Sequence record: SRR31156797_768
DNA: 61,562 nt
Strand: one strand, 5' to 3'
Positions within the stretch are counted from its first letter, which is position 1. Each line of letters begins with the position of its first letter. This document shows, in pieces, positions 28,338 to 37,415 of the stretch. The notes below the pieces were generated by a model. It saw only the letters and a list, made by a program, of their open reading frames with translations. It was not told the DNA's origin and made no database searches. The translations under genes and the position numbers were made by a program.

Positions 28338-28524
28338 ATGCAAAGCAAACGCGATGTGATCGGCGAACAATAAAAATAGCCAGCGCCTATCACTGCATCT
28401 GCAGGATGCAAGCGGCACACACCTTCCCTTTTTGAGGGCCGCTTTCGCAAGAGCATCCATGGAGGTCGAGTTCGGAATTTTCAATGACGAGGTCATTGCC
28501 AACCGAACGCATACCGTGAGGTGA
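28338..28524 (+). pseudogene. aspA: degenerate relic of an aspartate ammonia-lyase (aspartase/fumarase family) 5' end
   Basis: Colinear fragments in three frames: KRDVIGE, IASAYHCI, SGTHLPFLRA-AFARASMEVEFGIFND-EVIANR. These resemble the AspA N-terminus and its NEVIANR motif. Confidence 0.55.
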
Positions 28525-28531
28525 AAAAGAA

Positions 28532-29125
28532 ATGGAAATCGTCGCAGGAATCGACGCATTGAACACGCCGGGACTGTTTGCTGCTGCAAAAAGAAGAATC
28601 ATCCTCCATGCAGCCGTATATGGCGCGTTTGCAAAGTCAAAAGCCCATCGCAACGGCCTCAAGACAGCCATCCGTAAACCGGAATTTAAACGATTGGATA
28701 TCATCACCATTGATCCTGAGCACGGTTCAAAATGGACATTTCCCTTTCTCAAGGCACTCAGATTCGGCATATCCATTCAGGGAATTACCGATGAGATTGC
28801 ATCATCGCACCAATTCCTGACAAAACTGGCTGCACAACATCCTGACAAAATCCATCTCCACCCAGCCCGCAGACTGCCCTGTCTTCCCATAATCGTTGCC
28901 GACAACACGATCGTATTCGGTCAATACGCGCATGCTGGAGAACACGCCCCCCATGGCTTCTGGGGTAAAATCAATACGGACGTCGAAAAGCTGATGGAAT
29001 GGACCCAAACAGGCAAGGCTCCGACCAATGCCACGAATGAAGAAATCGCCTCGTTTCGACTCATCAACGAATGTGTCCGAGCAATGAATACAACCCTTAC
29101 CCCACGGACACGATGTACACCTTAA
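28532..29125 (+). CDS. hypothetical protein within the hyd maturation operon
   Basis: 197-aa ORF with RBS GAGGTG; overlaps the hydE start; no confidently recognised family. Confidence 0.75.
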   Translation: MEIVAGIDALNTPGLFAAAKRRIILHAAVYGAFAKSKAHRNGLKTAIRKPEFKRLDIITIDPEHGSKWTFPFLKALRFGISIQGITDEIASSHQFLTKLAAQHPDKIHLHPARRLPCLPIIVADNTIVFGQYAHAGEHAPHGFWGKINTDVEKLMEWTQTGKAPTNATNEEIASFRLINECVRAMNTTLTPRTRCTP

Positions 29126-30192
29126 AAGAACACGACATTCTCACGTACCTCACAGGCGCAAATGACAAAGAACTCTTTGGACGCGCCAACGCGACCCAAT
29201 CACAGGAGTTTGGTAACGAAATATACCTTCGTGCCATCATTGAATTTTCCAACGTCTGCAATAAGAAATGCCACTATTGCGGTCTGCGTGCTCCCAATAA
29301 GGGAATAACCCGTTACCGGATGGGAAATGAGACCATATTAAACGCCGCTTCAATGGCCGTTTCCCAAGGAGCGGGAACCATCGTGCTCCAGTCTGGCGAC
29401 GATTTCAGCTACTCCACTCAATCCATTGGTACGCTGATTAAAGAGATCAAAGATCGGCACGACGTGGCAGTAACGCTCTCATTAGGCGACCGGGGTATGG
29501 ATGAATATGCATTCTGGCGCGAGTGTGGGGCAGACCGTTGTCTGCTCAAACTGGAGACCACCAATCCACGTCTTTATAAACGACTCAGGGATGGCGAGGA
29601 GTTTTCGTCAAGATTGCATAGAGTCGAATCCCTCCGGCATCTCGGCTATGAAGTTGGATCGGGTGTTATCACCGACCTCCCTGACTCAAACCTCATTTCC
29701 ACGCTCCAAGACATTCTGTTCCTCACTGCCCTCGACCTGGACATGATCGCTGTCGGCCCATTCATTCCGCATCCTCAAACGCCATTGGCACAGGTTGCAC
29801 CCGGCAGCATTGAGTTATCAAACAGGGTGACGGCCATCTTACGTATCCTCAATCCACACGCCAACATCCCGGCTACATCAGCCTTGAGCGCTTTGAAACC
29901 CGAGTCTCAAAGGCTTGCACTGACTCGTGGATGCAATGTCATCATGCCCTCCATGACCCCGGAGGACCATCGCGCAGATTACACCATCTATCCCGGAAAA
30001 AACGCATCGAACATTGATATCAAGGATTCTCTGACACATGCCAAAAGCATGATCCGCTCCCTCGGCCTTGTGCCGTCATCATCCAAAGGATTCTCTCCAA
30101 GGAGAAACAATGTCCAACAAAGCACCCCGCGGAATACGACTGGTCATAACCCTCGCCGGACAAAGGAATGCAGGCAAGTCATCACTGGTTAA
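29113..30192 (+). CDS. hydE: [FeFe]-hydrogenase H-cluster radical SAM maturase HydE
   Basis: LRAIIEFSNVCNKKCHYCGLR, TIVLQSG, VTLSLG, GPFIPHPQTPL, NIPATSAL, YTIYPGK. Confidence 0.93.
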   Translation: MYTLKEHDILTYLTGANDKELFGRANATQSQEFGNEIYLRAIIEFSNVCNKKCHYCGLRAPNKGITRYRMGNETILNAASMAVSQGAGTIVLQSGDDFSYSTQSIGTLIKEIKDRHDVAVTLSLGDRGMDEYAFWRECGADRCLLKLETTNPRLYKRLRDGEEFSSRLHRVESLRHLGYEVGSGVITDLPDSNLISTLQDILFLTALDLDMIAVGPFIPHPQTPLAQVAPGSIELSNRVTAILRILNPHANIPATSALSALKPESQRLALTRGCNVIMPSMTPEDHRADYTIYPGKNASNIDIKDSLTHAKSMIRSLGLVPSSSKGFSPRRNNVQQSTPRNTTGHNPRRTKECRQVITG

Positions 30193-31312
30193 CGCCATAA
30201 CGGATCAAAAAATAGCCATTGTCTCGGATATGCCGGGGACGACAACGGACCCGGTTGCCAAGCATTACGAATTGCTTCCGCTCGGCCCTGTCACATTCTA
30301 CGACACAGCCGGACTCGATGACTCTGGCGAACTTGGGGAGTTGCGAATCAAGGCAACACGAAAAGTCCTCTGGCGTTCGGATGTGGCAATAGTCGTTGTC
30401 GGCGAGGCAGGGCTCACGCCACATGAACTGAAAATAATCGAAGACATCATCGAACTGGACATCCCATTCATCATCGCTTTCAACAAAAGTGACATCAGGG
30501 AACCATCAGCCGAAGACCGCGCATACTGTCAAAAAAAGGGATTTCGGTTCCTGACCACCTCGGCCAAAGATGAAACAAATATCGACGAAATAAAACAGGC
30601 GATCATCGACATCGCACCGCCGGAAATGAAGCGTGACCCGGTACTGGCTGGCGACCTCTTCAACAAAGGGGAATGGGTCGTCTGCGTCGTGCCGATAGAC
30701 CTTTCCGCTCCCAAAGGACGGCTCATCCTGCCTCAGGTGCAAATCTTGCGAGAGATCCTAGACGGTGACGCTTTGGCGTTAACCACCAAGGAATCAGAAC
30801 TCGAAGAGGTTTTGTCCGGCCTGAACCACAAGCCCGCACTGGTTATCACGGATTCTCAAGTCGTACACAATGTGGCCAAAGTCGTCCCGACCGATGTCCC
30901 ATTGACCACTTTTTCGACCCTGTTCGCCCGTTACAAAGGAGACCTTCCAACACTTGTGCATGGCGCGAAAGCCATTGATACCCTGAGTGAAGGTGACACA
31001 ATACTCATCGGCGAAGCCTGTTCCCATCATCCGGTGGAAGATGACATAGGCCGGATCAAAATTCCGCACTGGGTCACACAATACACAGGGAAAAACCTGA
31101 ACTTCGAGACCTATTCAGGCCACGACTTCCCTGAAGATTTGGAACGATTCAAACTCGCTATCCACTGCGGTGCCTGCATGTTGAACCGAACCGAGATGCT
31201 ACGCCGCATGAATGAATGTTCGCGCCGTGGAGTTCCAGTGACCAACTACGGCGTAGCCATCTCCAAAGTACAGGGAGTACTTGAGAGGATTCTCACACCA
31301 TTTGCACTATAA
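30110..31312 (+). CDS. hydF: [FeFe]-hydrogenase maturation GTPase HydF
   Basis: GQRNAGKSS, PGTTTDPV, DTAG, NKSD, APKGRLILPQVQ, EACSHH...HCGACM; RBS AAGGAG before ATG 30110. Confidence 0.96.
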   Translation: MSNKAPRGIRLVITLAGQRNAGKSSLVNAITDQKIAIVSDMPGTTTDPVAKHYELLPLGPVTFYDTAGLDDSGELGELRIKATRKVLWRSDVAIVVVGEAGLTPHELKIIEDIIELDIPFIIAFNKSDIREPSAEDRAYCQKKGFRFLTTSAKDETNIDEIKQAIIDIAPPEMKRDPVLAGDLFNKGEWVVCVVPIDLSAPKGRLILPQVQILREILDGDALALTTKESELEEVLSGLNHKPALVITDSQVVHNVAKVVPTDVPLTTFSTLFARYKGDLPTLVHGAKAIDTLSEGDTILIGEACSHHPVEDDIGRIKIPHWVTQYTGKNLNFETYSGHDFPEDLERFKLAIHCGACMLNRTEMLRRMNECSRRGVPVTNYGVAISKVQGVLERILTPFAL

Positions 31313-31330
31313 ATTCTCTTTCAAACGAGA

Positions 31331-31366
31331 GAAAAGAGGGACTGCAACTACATGCAGTCCCTCTTG
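31331..31366. terminator. terminator between convergent hydF and SBP gene
   Basis: AAGAGGGACTGCA...TGCAGTCCCTCTT inverted repeat. Confidence 0.75.
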
Positions 31367-31392
31367 AGTATCGTCGTCAGGAGTCTTTGAAG

Positions 31393-32355
31393 TTACTGCC
31401 CTAAAGCGGCACTCCACTGCTTGAATATCTGCGGATACTCAAGGACGCTGGAATCACCATAAAAAGGCAGCGAATACACCGAACCGGTTTTGATGGCCGG
31501 GACATCAGCCAAAGCCGGATTCTTCTGCAAAGCCTTGTGCAGTGCCAGTTGCACGGCAAATCCGTCACCTGTGGCAACGATCACGTCAGGTTTGACCTTG
31601 TCTAACCAACCCAAACGCCCACCAGAAACATGGCCTTTGCTGACCTTCATCGTGTCGGTCATCATGGCGTCTGCCACGTTTTTGCACCCAAGCGGATTCA
31701 GGATGTACTGATCAGAATAACCACCAGGAGCTTCCACGCGGATAAAGGTTTTCCCCGATGCGAGATAATGACCGTTGAGTACGAGAACTCGTTTGCCGGT
31801 CTTCTGTTTGGTCAAAGAAGCTTCGACCTTCTTCATGGCTTTTGCATACGAGGCAGCCACTTGATGTCCCTGCTCCTGCTTACCAAACAACTCGGCAATC
31901 TGTGAGATGGCAGGGACGACGCCACTGCTGAAATCCACATACTCAATGGTGATACCGGGGACATCCTTGACCAACTCAGCCACTTTCACAGGATTCACTT
32001 TTTTCTTGTACAAGCAAAACTTAACGCTTTTTTCCAAGATGAGCCGAGTAATGCCCCGCTCCTTCATGAAATTAGCGATGGTCTCTGGGTGTTTGACCGT
32101 GACATAGTTGGGGCACCCCAAAAGCTGAGAAGCCATTTTGATCTCATCGGCTTTGGGCCACATGGATGCTCGCACGGCCATCCCTTCTGCGACAACACCA
32201 AGCTTCAAGGCCACATCCACCAACCTGTCACCAACCATGACGGCCTTGATCTTCTCCGGCGCCTTGTACGGAGTGGCATTAGCGCAGGTCAATCCAAAGA
32301 GAATCGCCATGCAGGACAGGCATGTTACAATCAAAAGCAAACGTATTTTTTTCAT
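31393..32355 (-). CDS. periplasmic substrate-binding protein (Fe/B12/heme helical-backbone type)
   Basis: Signal peptide MKKIRLLL; PDVIV and LADVPAIKTGSVYSLP C-terminal pattern typical of FecB/BtuF-class SBPs. Confidence 0.75.
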   Translation of the reverse strand: MKKIRLLLIVTCLSCMAILFGLTCANATPYKAPEKIKAVMVGDRLVDVALKLGVVAEGMAVRASMWPKADEIKMASQLLGCPNYVTVKHPETIANFMKERGITRLILEKSVKFCLYKKKVNPVKVAELVKDVPGITIEYVDFSSGVVPAISQIAELFGKQEQGHQVAASYAKAMKKVEASLTKQKTGKRVLVLNGHYLASGKTFIRVEAPGGYSDQYILNPLGCKNVADAMMTDTMKVSKGHVSGGRLGWLDKVKPDVIVATGDGFAVQLALHKALQKNPALADVPAIKTGSVYSLPFYGDSSVLEYPQIFKQWSAALGQ

Positions 32356-32371
32356 TTTTATCTCCAAATAA

Positions 32372-33415
32372 TTAGAAGCTGAAAGCAAGACGGGTCACAA
32401 CCTGAAAGTCTTCACCCAGCCCATACCGGCTGTTGCGATCTGGATTGGCTGAGTAACCATTGAGATCACGGTAGACGACCACGGGGACACCCAATGACAA
32501 ATGGCATTTCTCAGCCATCTTCCAATGAATACCGGGGGTAATGTAAATGGTGTGCCCACCTGTTGATTTGGCAATTTCGTTGTCGTAGCGATGACGCTCT
32601 TGTTCGACGCCATTCAATTCGAGTTCAAGGTCGAAATACTTATTAAGGGCATACCCATATCCGAAATTATACTTAAACTGTTTACCCTTACGAGAGCCAT
32701 GCGCACCATCACCGGGAATGGTGTACATAAAATGCATGTCGAACCGTGACCGATCTACAAATTTGGTCAAACCTAACTCAAACTTTGGATCCCAGGACCC
32801 GGTACCAAGCTGACCGCCCGGCCCAAGGTACTTGTGCGCATTGGAAAACGGAAAATCATTTTCATGATCGGCATCGCCCGTAGGCAACTTCAATCCTGCG
32901 CCCAAAGCCACACTCATCCAATCGCCCTTCCGCTGACTCATGAGTGCGTACCGGCCCATAACCACCACATCACCCAAACCACTGACCGAATCGGTCCCTG
33001 TGGATGTGGGAGGATTGCCAGCCTTGCGTTTAAGCTCCTTATCCCAAAACGGAACCATAACGCGGGCTTCAAAATCTTCAAACAGTCCGGCTTTAGCCGT
33101 AAACTGCAATCCCTGATTTACACGGTCGTATTTCCCCCCGTAATTACCATGCTTTTCCTCACTTCCGTCATACAAAGAATCTTTGTGAACGTACCGACAT
33201 TTAACACTGGCGGTTACTTTCCCTTTAGGGAGAACTATCCCGTTTGACATGTTGATCAAGCCCACGCACTTGACAGGTTTTGTATCGGGCCTGTCCTTCA
33301 AGGTTGCCTCGGAATCACTTCCGCCGCCCATAACAGGTCCAGCATGCGCCGAAGGAAGCCCTTCACTAAAAGTTAAACATGTCACAACTGCCATAATAGC
33401 CAAAAGGCGTTTCAA
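32372..33415 (-). CDS. outer-membrane beta-barrel channel (COG4313 / Phenol_MetA_deg-like transporter)
   Basis: TTG start after GGGGAGG; signal peptide; SGLGDV, GLKLPTG, LGTGSWD motifs; C-terminal Phe (LAFSF). Confidence 0.78.
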   Translation of the reverse strand: MKRLLAIMAVVTCLTFSEGLPSAHAGPVMGGGSDSEATLKDRPDTKPVKCVGLINMSNGIVLPKGKVTASVKCRYVHKDSLYDGSEEKHGNYGGKYDRVNQGLQFTAKAGLFEDFEARVMVPFWDKELKRKAGNPPTSTGTDSVSGLGDVVVMGRYALMSQRKGDWMSVALGAGLKLPTGDADHENDFPFSNAHKYLGPGGQLGTGSWDPKFELGLTKFVDRSRFDMHFMYTIPGDGAHGSRKGKQFKYNFGYGYALNKYFDLELELNGVEQERHRYDNEIAKSTGGHTIYITPGIHWKMAEKCHLSLGVPVVVYRDLNGYSANPDRNSRYGLGEDFQVVTRLAFSF

Positions 33416-33467
33416 AACGACCTCCCCTTTTCTGTTCTCGTCGGCCTTCCCAATCCCGAACGAATCG

Positions 33468-33490
33468 TTGATTATGAAATTCATTTTCAA
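33468..33490. promoter_or_regulatory. Fur box
   Basis: ATGAAATTCATTTTCAA (33474-33490) matches 16/17 of the deltaproteobacterial consensus WTGAAAATNATTTTCAW, with an overlapping second box shifted 6 bp. Confidence 0.82.
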
Positions 33491-33697
33491 TACAGTGACG
33501 GTGCATAACCAATAAAAAAAGATATCGTCAACACATTAATTTATATTAATTTAATACCGCAGAAGTAGTATATACGAGAAATTGCAACACCGTATCAACA
33601 TTGAGAGAAATTCCCAAATGATTTAAGAATTTTAGAGCTCATAAATGACCCCGAATCTCAAATAAGAAATGGAAGAAAAACATATAAAAAGAGACTC

Positions 33698-33767
33698 AAA
33701 AAGGGCGTGGGGGATCGCCTATCCACTGGAGTTCGAGGACGCACTCCAACGATCCCCCAAACGCCCT
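33698..33767 (-). terminator. terminator-like hairpin at the end of the feo-fpv operon
   Basis: AAAAAGGGCGTGGGGGATCG...CGATCCCCCAAACGCCCT. Confidence 0.55.
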
Positions 33768-33784
33768 GAGGTCACATAAAATGC

Positions 33785-34648
33785 CTAATGGTGAGCCACG
33801 GGTTGTTTGCGCTCGTTAGGGACGAGAATCACAAGTGTGGCTGTCTGCTTCTGTTGCAGATATTTATCCTTGTTTTCAGGTGTGGCGTCGGTCTTTATGA
33901 AATACCGAATAAACCACCGTCCCGGTTGGTCGAGGGAAACCTTAATGGTATCGCCGGATGCAGTGGCTCTTGGATGATACAGGTCCTCTGATTCCGTAGA
34001 AAATCCCGCATAAGTGGCATCCCAAGCCCCAGAACCAAAGTACCGTTTTCCATCACGAAAAATTTTCAAGGACAGAACATCACCAGGCTTCAATGTTGTC
34101 GGGTCCTGCATGGGAACCAGTTCGAGCGGCAGTCCCACATGGGCCTGATAGAGTCCATCAGAAGCTCCACAACGGACATACGTCTTTGCATACTGTTTGC
34201 TGTACAGGGATTTCTCGATTTTTGATGCCTTGTCCACAACAGCGCTCATGGGTTTGATGGTACTGCGATTACGCCCTTTTTTATCTACCCACTTGGTATA
34301 AAAACCGGGATTGGTCTCTGCGGCCAACACATAGGCACCGGGCTTGTCGTACTCGACCATGTAAGAATGCAGACAGGTTTCATCGCGTAGCTGAATTGCA
34401 GTTGCCTGCCCGGACGGATCAAAAACATTCACCGATGCAAGCTTATTCCGACGCACACCGTCATCTACAGGGAAATGATGTCCATAACAAAAAAAGAGCG
34501 GTGTTTTCTTTCCCTCATCCACCCTGTGGCGACCGGATTGAATAAACATTGAATGAGCCGACGCAATGTCAACGCCCAAGGCAGTGATCATCATGGCTAC
34601 GACAAAGAGCAAACTCACATACATAATTTTCGGTTTACAAAAAGACAT
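33785..34648 (-). CDS. DUF4198-family periplasmic metal-uptake-associated protein
   Basis: Signal peptide ending ASA|H; YGHHFP, QYAKTYV, GLPLELVP, PGRWFI. Confidence 0.82.
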   Translation of the reverse strand: MSFCKPKIMYVSLLFVVAMMITALGVDIASAHSMFIQSGRHRVDEGKKTPLFFCYGHHFPVDDGVRRNKLASVNVFDPSGQATAIQLRDETCLHSYMVEYDKPGAYVLAAETNPGFYTKWVDKKGRNRSTIKPMSAVVDKASKIEKSLYSKQYAKTYVRCGASDGLYQAHVGLPLELVPMQDPTTLKPGDVLSLKIFRDGKRYFGSGAWDATYAGFSTESEDLYHPRATASGDTIKVSLDQPGRWFIRYFIKTDATPENKDKYLQQKQTATLVILVPNERKQPVAHH

Positions 34649-34670
34649 TATGAACCCCCGTCCACGTTGG

Positions 34671-34853
34671 TTATTTTCTTTTAAGAGAAGATTGACTATC
34701 CCCGTCAGCACCACGCACTCCGCACGAGGTACAATCGCACCCGGAGCACCCGCAGGTAGAACTTCCTTTCCCGCTGTTACGCCCGGCAAACCTGCGCTTG
34801 AGCAAATAAGCCACAGCCACGACAATGATTACAATCGCAAAGATGGTATCCAT
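34671..34853 (-). CDS. FeoB-associated Cys-rich membrane protein
   Basis: 60 aa; single TM followed by CGCSGCDCTSC; RBS GGAGG; same operon as feoB. Confidence 0.85.
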   Translation of the reverse strand: MDTIFAIVIIVVAVAYLLKRRFAGRNSGKGSSTCGCSGCDCTSCGVRGADGDSQSSLKRK

Positions 34854-34867
34854 GACTTCCTCCGAAA

Positions 34868-35782
34868 TTAATCCTTTAGCGCCACAAGGAGACGTGACAA
34901 ATTGCGCTCATACCAGTTGCTCAAGGAGAGTATCGGCTCGACATCTGATTCGCGAACGAACTTCTCCAGTACCACAGGGACAGCACCGCCCATCAAGAGA
35001 GCCTTTCGCACCTTCTCATCCGGCTCCCATGCACAGACAACTGCTTTAATACCAACGGATTTCAACTGTTCGGCAAAACCCTTTGCATCATTTTCCGTCC
35101 ACTCGACTTCAGACTTAAGGGCGTAGACAATGACATCCAATCCAAATTCATCGATTAATGGGGTGTACGCACCAGTCAGCGCAGCAATGTCCACACTCTC
35201 AAGATCAGTAAACGCCGCTTCATACTTTGACCGGATTCTGAACAGAACAGACTGCATTCTCTTGAGATTGGCCTTGATCGTCGAAGCTTCCGCAGGGACA
35301 AGACGCGAAAGGTCATCGGCTGCAATGGCCCCCATACGGGTCATATTGGCGGGGCTACGCCAGACAAACGGAACGTTCTTTCCTTGCACCGTCACCAACG
35401 GCACACCCGCGCCATATTCGTCCAAAGGTCTGGTCGCGTCGATATTGACCACTCGGATGTTGCTTCGTCTGGCCCATTTGTACAAAGGGTCAGCCGGCCA
35501 AGCTGATCCGACGGTAAGTACAGCGTCTGCTTTGGCAGCCGATTGAAAGAACGCTTCCCTGTGCTTTTTGAAATAAGCGTCCTGCCCTCGCATGGAATAC
35601 CCTTGCGGGATGCTATTCATCACCGTGATGGATGTATTTTCTGTCAGGACTTCAGCCATGGCCTGCACTGCGCCGAGGGATGTCAAAACAACAATCTTTT
35701 CCTCAGGATTACCGGCAATACCTGTCCTTGCCCAAAGAGAAATAAATGCCATCAACAAACCGACAATAAGGAACTTCTTCAT
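34868..35782 (-). CDS. fpvF: ZnuA-fold substrate-binding protein, FpvF-like
   Basis: ADAVLTVGSAWPADPLYKWARRSNIRVVNIDATRP resembles Pseudomonas FpvF; lacks the usual His metal ligands; last gene of an SBP-ATPase-permease-SBP set. Confidence 0.75.
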   Translation of the reverse strand: MKKFLIVGLLMAFISLWARTGIAGNPEEKIVVLTSLGAVQAMAEVLTENTSITVMNSIPQGYSMRGQDAYFKKHREAFFQSAAKADAVLTVGSAWPADPLYKWARRSNIRVVNIDATRPLDEYGAGVPLVTVQGKNVPFVWRSPANMTRMGAIAADDLSRLVPAEASTIKANLKRMQSVLFRIRSKYEAAFTDLESVDIAALTGAYTPLIDEFGLDVIVYALKSEVEWTENDAKGFAEQLKSVGIKAVVCAWEPDEKVRKALLMGGAVPVVLEKFVRESDVEPILSLSNWYERNLSRLLVALKD

Positions 35783-36684
35783 ACCGCAGCCTCCTTGAAA
35801 GAGCCGGACGCCATGCGCACTCCGGCTGTCATCAGAAAGACGATAGAAGCGACGAGTATGATGGCACCGCCAGACGGCACCGGGATTTCAAATTGCATGG
35901 GGATAATGATGCCGAGCACGCAGCTCACAGTGGCAAAGATGACACTATAAAAGAAAAAGCCACGCACGGAACGGCTGACGTTTCTCGCTGCCGCCGCCGG
36001 GATAATGAGCAAAGCTTCCACAAGTACGGCCCCTACAATTTTCAGGCAGGCCACGGTAATAACCGTGATCATGAGTACGAACACATAATCATACAATTTG
36101 GCATTGATACCGCGAACCTGCGCGAGGCTGGGGTTAAAGCTTGCAAGCAGCATTTTATTATAGGTAGGGATACCCACGGCAACGCATATCCCGGCAATGA
36201 CAATCAAAACGTTCATATCCGTGTTGTTCACCGTAAGGATGGAACCAAACAGAATATTGTCCAACACATGCATATTCACCTTGGCCGTGACATACAAAAG
36301 AACACAGGCCCCCACTGCCAACGAGACTGAAAGGAAAACACCGATGACAATATCCTGCTTCATGCGCATACGATTACGGGTGTAATTCATGGTCAGTGCG
36401 AACAGGATACAAAACCCGAACAAGGATACATACGGGGCGGTCACAGGTTCACCAAGCAACACGCCGAGTGCCACGCCTGTCAGGGCGGCCTGCCCTACTG
36501 CCTGAGAGAAAAAGGCCAACCGCTTTGAAACCACCATGGTACCTATGCCACCAAGAAGCGGTCCAGCCACCAATGCGCATAATAGAGCGTTGATAACGAA
36601 AGCGTATTGAAAGAATTCAGGTAACACCCCAGCCTTGCCCATCTCCATGAGCGGAAGTCGAATAAAGTCGTAAATAAAATCCAT
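35779..36684 (-). CDS. fpvE: metal ABC transporter permease, FpvE-like
   Basis: ABC-3 pattern: RLAFFSQAVGQAALTG, ILFGSIL, IVGAVLVEALLIIPAAAAR, PSGGAII. Confidence 0.85.
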   Translation of the reverse strand: MDFIYDFIRLPLMEMGKAGVLPEFFQYAFVINALLCALVAGPLLGGIGTMVVSKRLAFFSQAVGQAALTGVALGVLLGEPVTAPYVSLFGFCILFALTMNYTRNRMRMKQDIVIGVFLSVSLAVGACVLLYVTAKVNMHVLDNILFGSILTVNNTDMNVLIVIAGICVAVGIPTYNKMLLASFNPSLAQVRGINAKLYDYVFVLMITVITVACLKIVGAVLVEALLIIPAAAARNVSRSVRGFFFYSVIFATVSCVLGIIIPMQFEIPVPSGGAIILVASIVFLMTAGVRMASGSFKEAAV

Positions 36685-36688
36685 CAAA

Positions 36689-37414
36689 TCAGGCCGCCTT
36701 GACTGAAGAAAAAACAGAAAACACACGCTCAGGAGTCAATTCCTCGACCGGAGGCCCCGAAAACAACAATTGCCGATTGATACACGTCACAACATCACCC
36801 ATTTCACGGACAACCGAGAGATCATGATGAATACAAAGGATCGTTGTCCCTTCCCGGCGCAATTCTTCCAGCACATCATGCATAATCGCTGTACCGGCCT
36901 GATCCAAACCGGTTGTCGGTTCGTCCAGAATAAGCAACTTTGGACGAGGCATTAAGGCTTGTGCGAACAGGACTCTTTGACGCTCTCCTCCGGAGAGCGA
37001 GCCAAATGGTCGGTTAATCTTTGAATCCATACCAACTCGTTGCAACACATCGTGAATCAAGGACCGCTTACTACGCTTCAAACCGAGAAAGGCAGGCCTT
37101 CGTTGGCAAAGCATTGCCATGAAATCCAAGACCGTCATGGGCAAGGTGTCATCATAATCCAACGACTGAGGGACATATCCGATCGTTGTCGGCCCACCCC
37201 AGCAAATACGAATATCGCCAGTGTGGGGCATCTGTCCGAGCATTGAACGAATAAGAGAAGTCTTGCCGCCTCCATTGGGACCAATTATGCAATGAATCGA
37301 ACCAGGTTGAATCGTAAAATTCACATCCGACAAAATGGTGTTACCGCCAAGACGAAGTCCCAAATGCTCAAAGTGGACGGTGGGACCATTTGTCAACAGA
37401 GTCACATTGGACAT
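36689..37414 (-). CDS. fpvD: metal ABC transporter ATP-binding protein, FpvD-like
   Basis: GPNGGGKT, IGYVPQ, LSGGERQRVLFAQAL, LDEPT, IHHDL. Confidence 0.88.
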   Translation of the reverse strand: MSNVTLLTNGPTVHFEHLGLRLGGNTILSDVNFTIQPGSIHCIIGPNGGGKTSLIRSMLGQMPHTGDIRICWGGPTTIGYVPQSLDYDDTLPMTVLDFMAMLCQRRPAFLGLKRSKRSLIHDVLQRVGMDSKINRPFGSLSGGERQRVLFAQALMPRPKLLILDEPTTGLDQAGTAIMHDVLEELRREGTTILCIHHDLSVVREMGDVVTCINRQLLFSGPPVEELTPERVFSVFSSVKAA

Positions 37415-37415
37415 A

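Noticed and set aside
28307-28435. 42-codon ORF (MIDEDPGLF...) after hydG
   Set aside because: No RBS; better explained as one frame of the decayed aspA relic.
27282-28589. 435-aa minus-strand ORF
   Set aside because: Antisense shadow of hydG caused by codon bias; no domain signal.
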